Shown: positions 1 to 12,164 of the stretch, one piece after another
Position numbering within the stretch: the stretch's first letter is position 1
Layout: the number at the start of each line of letters is the position of its first letter
Source: Amoebophrya sp. A120
Taxonomy: Eukaryota; Protista; Dinoflagellata
Assembly (NCBI GenBank): GCA_905178155.1
Contig: CAJINV010000023.1
Coordinates: 212,722-276,721 of the forward strand
DNA: 64,000 nt
Reading direction: 5' to 3'
The notes under the pieces: model-generated
The model's database searches: none
What the model saw: the letters and a program-made list of their open reading frames with translations, nothing else
What the model was told of the DNA's origin: nothing
Made by a program: the position numbers and the translations under genes

Positions 1-305
1 CAAGAAGAAGAAGTGGGATTCTAATTAAAAAAAATGGTGGTGGCAGCCGCGCGGCGAAAGCGCGGCCTGCAGGGCCGCGCTTTCGCCGCGCGGCTGGTTT
101 GGCTTTCGCGCTGGTTTGATTTTCGCGCACGCATTTGGTTACCAATATCGCCCTCCGGGCGCGATCTTCATACAAATCGCAATAGCAATACAAATTGGCT
201 CAGCATTACAAATTGAATCTGTAATGCGAATTTACCTAACCAGCTAGATTTGTAATGCATAGCTGCGATTACTACGAGTGCGATACTTTTGCACAGGATA
301 TTCAA

Positions 306-3113
306 AACGGCGTGACCACGTTTCTTGAGGGGGCCGAAGAGCTCATATCTGCGATCCACGAGTGTGACATTCAGAAGATTTTGGAGCGGACGCACTCGTA
401 TTTGCCGAAAAAACCGGAATTGCCGGACATGCGCGAAGACAGCGAAGAGACGAAGGCGGGCGTGCACAAATTTATGGCGCTCTCAAATGTTACATTCTCA
501 GCTGTTACATGATTTGTCATGCAAAATTCCAATCAGATTCAGAATCGACGCGACCAAGCTGCTGCGCATGACAAATTCCCGAAGGGACAAACAGGATGAG
601 AATCTGTGCCAAATCTGTCATGCAAAAGGCGCAATCCTCCCCCTTTCAGTTTTGCCATTCTTGCATCACAAATTCATGTAACAGTTGAGAGTGTAACAGT
701 TGAGAACGCCATAAAATTCAAGCCGAGCCTGTATCCTCAGCAACAATGTGGTTCCCACACCAGAGTTAGTGTTTATCATGCAGATTTGCAATGACAGGCT
801 CATTTGTTGTAGTGCGCATGATCTCCATGACAGACATTGCCATCCGTGTTTTGGCGTTTGTGGTGCTGTTGAAAAAAGGTTTATCTGTCCGGCGGCTCCT
901 CTTGCTGAATACCACAAACAGCACTACGTTGCAGAAAGATGAAACTTGTCATGCGAGACTCCCATAACTTCGAGAATTGTGTTGCAGACTTCCTATTTTG
1001 AGTCTGGGGTGGGGACGTTTTTCCACACAATAGCCAGCTCGGGGAGAGGGACTTAGGCCACTTTGACACGAAAAACTTCAAGAAGGCCGTCAGGGTGTTT
1101 CGAGACCGCAACGCAGCAGAGCAGGCGAGGTATATTGATGTGATATGCTTTTCATCATCGCAGGAGCATTATGTGCTGACTCTAGTAAGTTAGTCCACAG
1201 GACGAGCAATGTTACGCGTTCTGCCTATCTCCGGCCGGTAGGATAGAGAAGTAGCTTGCATTTTGCTTCTATACATTGGAATTGCGTGGCAGTGGCCACC
1301 ACCAAAATAAAGTTGTACTAGAACTCACTTGATGTTGATCCACCAACAGGCTCGCTCGCATCGCGGCCCGGCAAGCAGCCAAATCTGCACAACGGTCGGC
1401 GAGTCAAAAGTCCCACAGCGAAGAGGGCACCAAAAAGAAGCGCGCGAGACCGAAGCGCAAGGGGAAAGAAGAGATATCCACTTGACAGAGTGTGTCTGAG
1501 ACAGGTCTATATAGGAGCGGAGTAACAACTAGGGCAACTAACTCGGGATCTCAAGTGCGAAAGTTTTTCGGGCGGCCGAGACTGGTCGCCACGAGTTACC
1601 TAGCCACGTAACTCGTGGCGGCCAGTAGCGAGCAGGCAACTCGTGCTGGCAAGGGTCGGCGAGCGCAGCACAGCCGGTTGGTTACAGCAGAAAATCCTTA
1701 TGCAGATTTGTGCTTTTGTGCATACTATTTTTGCTTTTGGGCCCTTTTTTGAAAATCGGCGGGGCAACGTTTTCGCTTTCTTGGCAACGCACCCGGTGCC
1801 TGCTTTGTCATGGCGAAAATTCCTTGCCGTGAAGCTAACATTTTTTTATGAAGCCCAACAATTTTACACGCTTTCCTATGAAGCGAGTTTTTTACCGAAA
1901 GCACAAAAATTATGCACAAAACCGCGCGAATTGCATATGTTGTCAAGACGTTAACGTTTTCAAAGCACACCTCTGACCGGAGTCGTCGGCTCCGGTCACG
2001 GGTGTCGCTATATAGAAAAACTTTCGCACTTGAGATCCCGAGTTAGTTGGCCTAGTTGTTACTCCGCTCTAGTCAAAATCGCTCTTCTTAGTTCTTTTTT
2101 TGATGCAGACATTGAAAATGTAAGTGTAAATCAGTGTGCCAATTTTGACTAAGTAAGACCTCTATCCTGTGCAAAAGTATCGTACTCGTAGTAATCGCTG
2201 TCATGCATTACAAATGTCCCTCTTAACCTATATCCGCATTACAAATTCCAATTTTCATGCTGAGGGATTTTGTCATGCGATTTCTACTAGTACGATGCTT
2301 TTGCATTTCATAACCTCTCCAGATTTGTTTGCTTGGATTGCGAGAAACCAAAGTCGACGTGAAGCCGTATTGAGAGGAAAAATCCCCCCTCCGCATATCG
2401 AAAAGGTATGTTTCCGAAAATTTGTCTTGCTGATTTGAGACCACAAATCGCGTCTGTCTTGCAAGAAGACAACTCCGCAGGCTCTGCCGCATTATGCAGT
2501 CGGTTTGTGATGCTGTTGCGCCTACAGCATAGACGTTTCGCATGCTAAGCGCCTACGCCAAAGCCTCTCTAGTATTCAGGCGCAGCAGGAGCGTGCTGTC
2601 CTCTACTGCAAGACAAACCTGATTCGTATACGCAAATCCAGCATCAGAAACTTGCTTTTGATATGGGGAGGGGGGATCTTTCCTTGTGATAAGCCGGAAG
2701 ACGAGACAAAGGACCCCGAGGTATCCCAAGTTAGTAAAAACGTCCCCATTCCGTGGTTGTCATGCAATTCAGGAAACCTAAGCCTAACCCTAACACGTTT
2801 CTCATGCGCAGCCCCATGTTGTGGAGCATTTTTCAATGCTACCCGGGGGTTTGTCATGCTGGATTCGGGATAATGGTGCTCGATTTGTGATGCGACTGCG
2901 CAGTCTAAAGAACATGACTATGCTGCGAGCAGAAAAAATTTGTCATGCGCAACGCCCACACCCTGCGGACTTGTGTAGCTGCGAAGTTCCATCTTGACTA
3001 TGGGGACGTCCTCGTGGGGACGTTTTTCCTCAGGATACGACGAGATCATCACGAAGCCACTGATCCCCGCACAGAATGAATTTCAGAAGCTGCTGGGGTT
3101 TCCGGGGAAGTGA
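306..3113 (+). CDS. Hypothetical protein, 3' part of an introner-interrupted gene (5' end outside the window or lost)
   Basis: Exons 306-472, 719-731 and 1038-1129 join in frame across introners 473-713 and 732-1032. Exons 2158-2162, 2318-2367, 2697-2721 and 3043-3113 (TGA) join in frame across three more introners. A GT(1130)..AG(2157) link between the two blocks is in frame but unproven. Confidence 0.45.
473..713. mobile_element. Introner, family tatggcg..cgccata
   Basis: TIR tatggcgctctcaaatgttaca / tgtaacagttgagaacgccata; TSD aaatt/aaatt. Confidence 0.85.
732..1032. mobile_element. Introner, family D-like
   Basis: Right end ggggtggggacgtttttccacacaata; TSD gcctg/gccag. Confidence 0.75.
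1515..2069. mobile_element. MITE, PIF/Harbinger-like
   Basis: 55-bp TIR gagcggagtaacaactag...agtttttc with 1 mismatch, flanked by tag/tag. No coding capacity. Confidence 0.8.
2163..2312. mobile_element. Introner family B
   Basis: tatcctgtgcaaaagtatcgtac...gtacgatgcttttgcatttcata; TSD acctc. Confidence 0.85.
2368..2691. mobile_element. Introner family C
   Basis: tattgagaggaaaaatcccccctcc...ggaggggggatctttccttgtgata; TSD agccg. Confidence 0.85.
2722..3037. mobile_element. Introner family D
   Basis: tatcccaagttagtaaaaacgtcccca...tggggacgtttttcctcaggata; TSD cgagg/cgacg. Confidence 0.8.
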
Positions 3114-3197
3114 TGCGGGGTAAGTGCAACTCGTGGTGCTTGCTCCTTGTTGTAGCCCGGGTTGTAGTTCCCGTGCCGGGTGTAGTATCTCGTCATC

Positions 3198-5668
3198 TGT
3201 GTCTATCTTTCTAAGCACTACTTGTCATTTTGTGCTGCAGCATCACCTTGTACATAAATAAATCCGAAGAGCAAATGGATGTTTAACACAAACATCTTGA
3301 CATGCTGAGTTTCCTCTCGATCTCGCCTTCGTATGAGATGGCATGAGGGAACTCTTTCGAATTTGTTTTGCTTTTCGATTTTGTTTTGCTTTTTGTTTTA
3401 GTTGGATTGTGTGTCCATACCAGGCACCTATCCTGCCTTGCTCGTGCGCATACGTACGTAGATCTCTGGCACTTGTGCCTCGAGGTTTAGGGTCGGAACG
3501 TTCTCAGCACTGCTGAAGCTTTAGAACCAGAAGGGCGGGCCCGCCTAGACGGATCAGAGCAATAGGCTTTACTAGCGCTTTTTATGTAGTAGTCTTACTT
3601 TGCCTTCCTTTTGCTTGCTTTTCTCCTCCTGGGCCCTACTGGCACCAAGCAGTGTTTTTTTGGGTGGGTTGTATTATGGGATTTATTATATATTATTTTC
3701 AAAAAATGCTTATACTTTTTTTTTCAAAAATGTTGCTTCTACGCCTTTCTCCGCATTCCGCCATGTGCGCCTTCTTCTTCCCTTCCTCCGCGACCTCCGC
3801 TACACGTCCCGGTTCCGCAGCCTACGCAGCTCGTCCCTGTGCCGAGGCCTACGCGGCAAGGGTTTCAGGGTTAAGGGTTTGTTTAGGGTTCTTAACATGA
3901 TTTTATTCTAGAGGTCTCCTCCCCTGTCGCGCGAGCTATGGGTAGTAGTTAGAGCCTCTAATCTCCCTTGGGAAAGGGTACCATAAACGAGAAGCACGAG
4001 AAGCCTTACATGATCCAAGCCATTCGATTCTACTGCCGATTTAGCGGCCCAGCCACCATGTCGACACTCCACTTCGATGCTTGTTTCGGTTTGATTTAAC
4101 GATGGCACGGATTGGAATTTAATTTCGAAACATTAAACGGGATATAATTCGGATCAGGGGTAAAAGGTACACGTAATTGTAATTATTGCATATCATATGC
4201 CTATCGCTTCGGTCACATGACTCATGTCTAATGCCTACCATGCCATGCAAATCAAAAAACAAATGAAGACTTTGATCAGGAACTGAATCACAAGGGACTA
4301 AAACACAAGGGGCATCGTACTTCACGCATTTGTTTACCACATCAAAGTCGAGGATTGTTAACCACGGAGAGGACACCACATGGAGGGGATTTAAACCGAA
4401 TTTGTTACACAATCGGGATTCATTATTTTGAACCGGGGATGAGTGTAAGGCGAGATTTTACAAACGGGGGTGCACTTTCTGCAGATGCAGCTGGGGGTAT
4501 GCGGTACTTTCTTAGCATGTCATTATATGTGTCTATCTTTCTAAGCACTACTTGTCATTTTGTGCTGCAAGACGAAGCGCTCTTCCGCCTACAAGACGAA
4601 GCGCTGCCGCTGATGCGCGGCCTACCAGGGGATCATCGCGGTACAAACCTACAAAAAAGTGGCAGGCACTCCTCGGTCTTCTTGGAGGGCGCGATACACG
4701 CGCACGCCTAGACTCGGCACCAGAAAGATTCATACTCCTTTCATGCATGACAAAAAGTTTTCATTTGGAAACTTCGCAGCACAAATTTTTGCAATTTTAG
4801 GGGTTGGGGGCATTTTTCACTGTAATAACTTGGCGCAGAAAACGCTACTGCTTCTGCTTCTTCGTCTGACGCAATTAACTCCCAGAAACAAGTTGAGACC
4901 CGGAGCAAGTTATGCATTGCAAATATGTCTGCGTCTGGCTCTGGAAGAGTGCGCGATTTGTCATGCTCGGCTAGCATAACTCTCGAGCGGCCTGTCACTT
5001 TGTGCTGCAGCACTACTTGTCATTTTGTGCTGCAGCGTGAAGTTCGCGACAAGGAAATAAACGCTGATCAATAAAGTAATTCCTCCACACCTGAGCGGGT
5101 TATACCTCAAGCACCCAAATTCCCCCTACCGAGATCAGCCCCTATCCTGTGCAGAAGTAATATCGTACCAGTAGTCGTAATTGCATTACAAATTTGATGC
5201 TTGGCGTGGCAAATTGGATTTGTAATGCTGTTTTACCTTCAGGAAATGATTTGTAATGCATAGCTGCAATTAGGAGTACGAGTGCGATATTTTTTTGCAA
5301 TCCATAGCCCCCACTACCCGACCATTTCCTCAAGCCCTGCTCCAACACCTCCCCGATTCTCTACATATCAAATGCAAAAATGTCTGGGTCTGGAAGATTC
5401 CGAGATTTGTCATGCTGATCTGGCATGGCCCTCAAATCTGTGCTGCGTGACCACAAACAGCCTCTCTCGCCTGTCATGCAATAACGCAGTTCCTCATGCG
5501 GAATACGCAGCACAGAAGCACGAAGCAACTTGTCATGCTTGGCGGCGCAAATACAGTGCATTTGTTATTGACTGACTTGCATCACATGTTTCTAAGCACT
5601 ACTTGTCATTTTGTGCTGCAGCATCACCTTGTTCGCGACAAGGAAATAAACACTGATCAATAAAGTAA
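3198..5668 (+). repeat. Four dispersed copies of a 28-80-bp motif
   Basis: tgtgtctatctttctaagcactacttgtcattttgtgctgca at 3198 and 4528; overlapping or extended copies at about 5009 and 5589. Confidence 0.88.
5143..5306. mobile_element. Introner family B inside a copied gene fragment
   Basis: TSD gcccc/gcccc; the empty paralogous site is at 27191-27195. Confidence 0.9.
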
Positions 5669-6629
5669 GTAATTGAATTCCGCCACTTGCCTATGCCTTG
5701 TGGGCGAGTGCAACAACATCTAGTGATCTGGCACTACCGTGACCCGGCTCTTGAAAAAGAGCGCGGCACAGCTGTGTTACTGAATGAATGAAGAGGAAAA
5801 AGTGCACAGGAACAAGTTGTCAATGCATTTGCAACGAGAACAAGAACATCAGGCAGTTTCGTCCGCTACTAAAACGTCGAAAATTATCTACTCTAAAAAA
5901 ACAGCTGTGCTGTTCTCTTTCAACATCGAAACTGCTGCAAAAGTTAAAAAAAAAACAAAAAATGACCATCAAGATCCAGCATTTCGAAACGTGATTCGGT
6001 TTGTAGTACTACAGATCCTCCAACCGTTCTTTCTACTGACGACACGCTACGAGGATGAAAAATGACAAAGATCACAAGAACTTCGGCTGGAGAAATGATC
6101 AATAAGAGCACCACAGATGATATATGAAGCTCCTGCAACCTTGAATATTCTGTCGGGCGTATAACTAAGAAAATGATGTAGCTGTGCATTGATGAATGTT
6201 CCATTTTGGTGCCTTGGTTCTTGGTGATACAAGGTTCCAACGCAGGAGAATGTTCTGATGCGAATAGCAGTACAAACGCTATTAAGCTGATGAAAAAAGA
6301 ACATCCTGCAGGTTGCTTCTTACTCAGTTTTCTTCGCACCTCGCATCTAGCTGAGTGTTGTAAAATAACTGGCAAACATCAACTATAACATCTAACTACC
6401 TCTACGACTGTCACTCAACAAATATTTCGAACACCATAACTCTGCTTCTTTTCAAGCTCGACTAGCACACAGCATCTCCCTACAAGAGCGTCGAGTTCCG
6501 AAGCTTCTTGTTTAATGCAAAAAAAGTCAACAGTTTTTACATCTTCACGACATAAAAAATAAGGAGGCGAATAGTATCCTCTTCGTGGACAAGAACATTC
6601 AAATCTTTGAACCAATTGAAACCAAACCA

Positions 6630-9600
6630 ATGCTTCGCTCCACGGTTTTGTTGCTTGCTGCGGCAGATCATGTTGCGGCTGCGTCCTCTCATTTTGGTGC
6701 GGCTCCTGCTCCGTACGTGCATCTTCGAGGGGCCGGGGGTTCGCCCTGGTTGACGGACAGTTCCGGTCGTCGCGGCGGAGCCGACACCAGTGGTCCTGCT
6801 TTATCTTCCTACGGTAAAGAGATGGAGATGTTACAACGCCCCTCCGCGGTCACCAGCGTCGGAAAGCAGGCGCTCCGTGGTAGTCGTGGCCGCCCCAGTG
6901 CAACTCGTGGCGGCAGAAGTAAGCAACAGCGAGCCTCATCCTCACGTGGTCAACAAGGAGCCGGCGCATCGAGCCGCACTGGTTCCGCCCCGTCGGTCAC
7001 CGAGATTGCTGCTGCCAGTGCGGGGACTACTAGTACTCCTAACGAGCACGCTGTCTGGAGCAGCCTCGACAAAATTTTCAGTGGCATGCAGATGACGGAC
7101 GCGCAGGCAGCCGCGATGGAGAGCAGCTACGAAAAATGGGCGAAGTTCGAAGCCAAAGCTGATTTGGCCGCGATGGCGAAAGACGAACAGATCCTCAAGG
7201 TTCAGACCGACATTGAGAAGCAGCTCCTGGACCTCCAGGGGCAACAACAGCATGGATCTGTCACGCCCGACCTCGACCAGGTTTTCGTGGACGCGATCAA
7301 TAAACAGATTCAACTTGGCGCAGAAAACGCCACTGCCTCGTCGTCGGACGCAATTTTTAACTCCCAGAAACAAGTTGAGACGCGGATCAAGTACTGCAAG
7401 GCCTACTGGAATATCCTCTGCAAAAGTATCGTACTCGTACTCGTAGTAATCGCAGTCATGCATTACAAATCTCCATCCCAAGGTAAAAGAGCATGACAAA
7501 TTCCATTTGTCGCGCTGAGCTAACTTGTATTGCGATTACTACTAGCTACGATACATTTGCAGTTCATATGGAACTCTGTTTCCCCGACGGTGCGCTACGT
7601 GTGGTTGTCAACGAACAATGTAAACGAGGTGTGCACCAACTTCGGCGACCTGTCGGGGCTGCAGCACGGTGACACCCCGATGAAATGCACGCCCACGGGC
7701 AAAAAATTCGGGATTCCGAAGGAGCAGACGTGGGACACACAAGGCATATCAATTGCAAATGTGTGTGGATCTGGAAGAGTCATGCTGCTTTTGCATGACA
7801 CAGGAGGCCTGCCATGGAAGCTCTAGCATCACAGGTTTCGAGAAGCTTCCGCAATGCCGAGTCCGCATTACAAATGCCCCATTCTGGTGACAGAAAGTGG
7901 GCACCTTTTGCTGCCTGTGCATGAGAGATTTTTATGGGTTGCAAAATGCGCATCACAAGTTTGCATTCTTCCACCAGACCCAGACGTATTTGCAATGTAT
8001 AAGGCAATACCCTCCGCAACGTCTTGGGGTGGTTGCCGAGCCAGTGGCTGTGGGTTTCGGTTGGGTTCAATGTGCTGGTGAATATCAACGTGGTCAAAGG
8101 CCGTAGCCCGGAGGACCACGGCGTGGCTTTCCGGAATCTGATGCTGGTCCTCCCGTTGGCGGTCAGTGAGAAACTTATCAAGCCGGCGCTGGTAAAGACC
8201 CGTCTTTATCATGAGCAAAAATCCCCCCTCCCCATATCGAAAACGAAATTTGTGATGCTGATTTGTGACCACAAATCAGCTTTGTCTTGCAGTAGAGGAC
8301 TGCAGGCCCATATCGTGCCGGAGTCGAGAGGTTTTGGCCTAGGCATTTAGCATGGGAAACGTTTACGCCGTAGGCCCAATAGCATTACAAACCGCCTGCA
8401 TAATAGGGCGGAGCCTGTGGCGTTGCTTTCTTGCGTCACAGATGCGATTTGTGGTCACAAATCAGCATGACAAATAATTTTCTGAGTCAATATATGGGGA
8501 AGGGGGATTTTTCCTCGCAATAGTCTTGGACCCGCCACCATCCGACCGCCCGGAACCGCGATGTGCACGGAGACGGGACACCGGAAGCCCGGCCTGGTGT
8601 CTATGCTGTGTAAAATTGTCCCCACCCCGTAGTCAAGTTGGTAAATCTGCAACACAAATCTCTAAGTCTTTGGAGTTGGGCATGACAAGTTTCCATCTGC
8701 AGTGTAGTTCTGGTTAGCAAAGGCAGCCGCATGAGAAACCCGCTTTCTCATCCTGTTTACAGCATTACAAAGTCCATAAACACATTTATTGGAAATTGTA
8801 ATGCTAAGTAATGGCTCTCATGGCGATGCGCATTACAAATGTTCCTGTCGTTGCGCATTTGCATGACAACTCAGGGGTGGGGACGTTTTTCCTCAGGATA
8901 CTGTCGGGCCACTCCTTCGCCGCGGTCGCGGTCCTTATGCAAACGTTTTGGTTCAACTGGTTGCCCGCGTTCCGGGCTTTGAAGTCCTCGCCTTCGCGCG
9001 CCAAGAAGCACTTACGGAAAACGCTCGACTATTGAGAGGAAAGATCCCCCCTCCCTATATCGAAAAGGCGGTATGTTTCCGAAAATTTGTCTTGCTGATT
9101 TGAGACCACAAATCGCGTTCGTCTTGCAAGAAGACAAGTGTAGAGGCGGTCCGCGCCATTATGGAAACGATTTGGCATGCTGTTGGGCCTAGGGGGCAGC
9201 CGTTTCTAATGCTAAACAACTAGACCCTGACCCAAGCGCCCCTGCTCCCTAGGCTGAGGATCTGGCTGCGATGCCGTATTGCAAGACAGCGCGCATTTGT
9301 GTACGGAATTCCAGCATCAGAAACTTCGTCTCGATATGGGGAGGGGTGATTTTTCCTTCTGGTATCGACGTCATGGTGGCCATCAAGGTCGGGCTCAAGC
9401 TCGGGTGGTTTATCAAATGCAAAAATGTCTGGGTCGGGGAGAATCCGAGATTTGTCATGCTAATCTGGCATGATAATGATTCTGAGCTCTGTATTGCGCG
9501 GCCGCGAACAGCTGCTACTCCCTGTCATGCAAAAACGCAGTTTCTCATGCAGAATACGCAACTCAGAAGCATGCAAAAAACTTGTCATGCTTGGAAGCGC

Positions 9601-10468
9601 ATTACAGTGAGCTCACTCTTCCCTTCCTTGCATCACAAATTTCCCGACCCAGACATTTTTGCAATCCATATGGTTTTCCCAACGGCAAATCGTCTCCTGG
9701 TTCCAGGCGTACTACGAGAAGCATCAGCTACGCGGAGGTCCTCCCGGAGTTGTAAACATGCCGGCCGAGGAAGTGCATAGGCTGACGCTGGGCGTCCAAA
9801 AGAGCGGCGTGCTGGTCTTGCCGGAGGTGTTTTTCCAAAGCCGCAGGACGGTCGGAACTTGGGATTTTGAGTACGAGATCCGCGAAGACGGGAGCATCGA
9901 TCCCGCGCCGCGTCCTCTGCCCGACGAGGACGTGTTTACGCACGCGATGGAAGCCTTCGAGAACGAGTTTCTTTTTGCCGACACGCAGCGGGACGTGACC
10001 CACGGACGCGAAGTTGCCTTCGTCAGAGCAATCGGGTCACACCGGTGGACGCGCGACGGGAAGCGGGCGTTTGTTACAGCCATTCGCGTCTACAATATTG
10101 TCGATTTAATCTTCCTCTTAATGGTCCCGGCCGCTCGTGTGATAGACGAAGACCACACCATCGGGCAGGCGGTCAGTGGCGGTGCCGCTGGTCTCCTGTG
10201 GCTGCCGACGACGTGGTTGGTGGCGACAGGGGTGAGCGAATTAGTCCACCGACTCTTCCCAACGTTCGCCCAAGACGCGGCCGGCTGGTACCGCACCTGC
10301 GGGGAGCGCATGGACGGCTGCTGGACACGCGTCGTGGAAAAGATCACTCGAGCGGTCGTGCACGAAGATGGCCTGCAGGAGGAACTTCAGGCACCGGACG
10401 CCGGCAACGGCGCAGAAGGTGCCGGGCGGCGGGTTGTCCCTGCGGAAGTAGCAGCAGGGATGCTGTGA
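6630..10468 (+). CDS. PAP2-superfamily (lipid/dolichyl-pyrophosphate phosphatase-like) membrane protein, 7 exons, about 728 aa
   Basis: Exons 6630-7411, 7574-7746, 8007-8206, 8528-8601, 8906-9029, 9370-9410, 9676-10468 give 2187 nt of open frame. The PAP2 motif set is assembled only after splicing: K...RP (KTRLGPATIRP), PGLVSGH (C2) and ARVIDEDHTIGQAVSG (C3-like SRx5Hx3Q). Hydrophobic N-terminus MLRSTVLLLAAA. Confidence 0.72.
7412..7568. mobile_element. Introner family B (PAP2 intron 1)
   Basis: tatcctctgcaaaag...tttgcagttcata; TSD tggaa. Confidence 0.9.
7747..8001. mobile_element. Introner family A (PAP2 intron 2)
   Basis: TIR containing tctggaag / cttccaccagacccagac; TSD aggca. Confidence 0.9.
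8207..8522. mobile_element. Introner family C (PAP2 intron 3)
   Basis: Long imperfect TIR; TSD gtctt. Confidence 0.9.
8602..8900. mobile_element. Introner family D (PAP2 intron 4, splits the SGH motif)
   Basis: TSD gtgtc/ctgtc. Confidence 0.88.
9030..9364. mobile_element. Introner family C (PAP2 intron 5)
   Basis: TSD tcgac; similar to 2368-2691. Confidence 0.9.
9411..9670. mobile_element. Introner family A (PAP2 intron 6)
   Basis: tatcaaatgcaaaaatgtctgggtcggg...cccgacccagacatttttgcaatccata; TSD tggtt. Confidence 0.9.
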
Positions 10469-10798
10469 GTGAAAGCAAACTGACCACTCAGTCTTCACAT
10501 CTGGAAGGACCAACTTCACTCTTTTTGATACGCATGCCGGTGCGAGCAAAATAGAAGGCTGCTGCTACGTGGAAAAACCAAGACTCCATGTCTTGAGCCT
10601 CGTTCGTGCACCAATTATTTTTTCTTTTATCGAACAGGCACTGTGGCGACTTGCTTCAGAACGCCAAAGCGCCGCGGCTAGGGTTTTTCAGGTAATGTGG
10701 CATAGATTTTATCAAGCACTATGTATGATATTATTGCTGTACATGTACAACCAGTGGTCGTCGACACTAGGATCCACTTGTCGTACTAGTGGTCGACA

Positions 10799-11077
10799 TA
10801 TCAAATAAAAAAATGTCTGGGTCTGGAAGATTCTGAGACTTGTCACGCACGTTTTGCATGTGGTATGATGTCCGTGATGCATGCCCTAGCGTCACAGACT
10901 TTTTGAGGGCTTCGTGATACTTACCTATTCCGCATGACAAATGCCCTCTCCGCGTAGCCAAGAACAAAATTGCATTCCATTACTTGCTGGTCATGCGATA
11001 CAGATTTTTTTGGAATCCAAGTGCAGCATCACAAGTTCGGATTCTTCCAGATGACCCAGACACTTTTGCATTTGATA
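10799..11077. mobile_element. Family A element outside CDS (3' UTR or intergenic)
   Basis: Family A TIRs; TSD cgaca; 330 bp downstream of the PAP2 stop. Confidence 0.85.
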
Positions 11078-12164
11078 CGACATCATGATGTGTAGTGATC
11101 TAAGTGCTTCTATATGAATTTGTTATCTGTTTCTGTACTATGCGAAAAAAGGAAGCGGAGAAGGTGTAGGAGTGGAAAACGAACGGTAAATTTCGGAAAA
11201 AAAAAGCATATACCACTGTACGAGAAAGTAACAAATGACCCTTATGTATTTGAAAAAAAATCTTTTGCTCGTTTTGACTCTGATGCCGCGTCAACAGAAA
11301 GTGCAAGAGGAGCTTCTGTGGTCAACTACAAGGGTGCTTTGCGAAACTACAAAGAACCACCGTAGTACTTCAACATCACAAAGACCACTTTTATGCAAGC
11401 AGCACTGGCCAACATACAAAACTACTTGTACCAGAACAGGATCAAGAAACGACTACCCGTTCTCTATGTATACTCGTCTTTTTCGTGTACTTCCACTGTT
11501 GTAGAATTGACTTTCTTTTATGTAAGGATATCTTAAAAAAAATTGATTGTAATTGATTTGATCGACGCATTATATGTCGATCAAAATGTTGACTTTTATA
11601 TCTACTGCAAATTATGACATCATGGTCAAGCGGTAGATGTACAATGTCAGTCCTCTAGTACTACGCAAGAAGAGTAAACCAAATCTTGATTCAAGACAAC
11701 AAACGAAGCTGGAGGAATAAAACAATAAAAGCATGCAGCACAGTAGTAATGGTACATCACGACCAAGAGCAGGGCACCACAGTGTGGACCAGTAGTAAGT
11801 AAGTTCATTTTAGTATCTATCTGTCCCTGCTGAAGATGTGTATAATGATGTTATACCCAACATGTATGATTTGACTTTTTCTTTTTGGCTCTGACGTCAT
11901 CCCGAAAAGCAACCAGATCGCCAAAGCCTTATGCCAATGAATCTCGAAAAAAAAAAAAATCTAACCATGTAGTTGAGCAGCTCCATCTGTATCCATGAGT
12001 TGCTTTCCGATGTTGTTGTTCCCTGTCGTGAAGATCCTCTGTCTGCGCGGCGAGGAGTAAAAGTTCTTTGTCGAAGCGCATGCCAAAACTGAGAGCGATA
12101 AGTAAAAAGATGAATCACTACAAAACAAGAGTGTCAAGTATATTTTTATCTGGAATAAAATGAG

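Noticed and set aside
3861-3890. Telomere-like gggtttcagggttaagggtttgtttagggtt
   Set aside because: Only one exact TTTAGGG; too short and degenerate to call.
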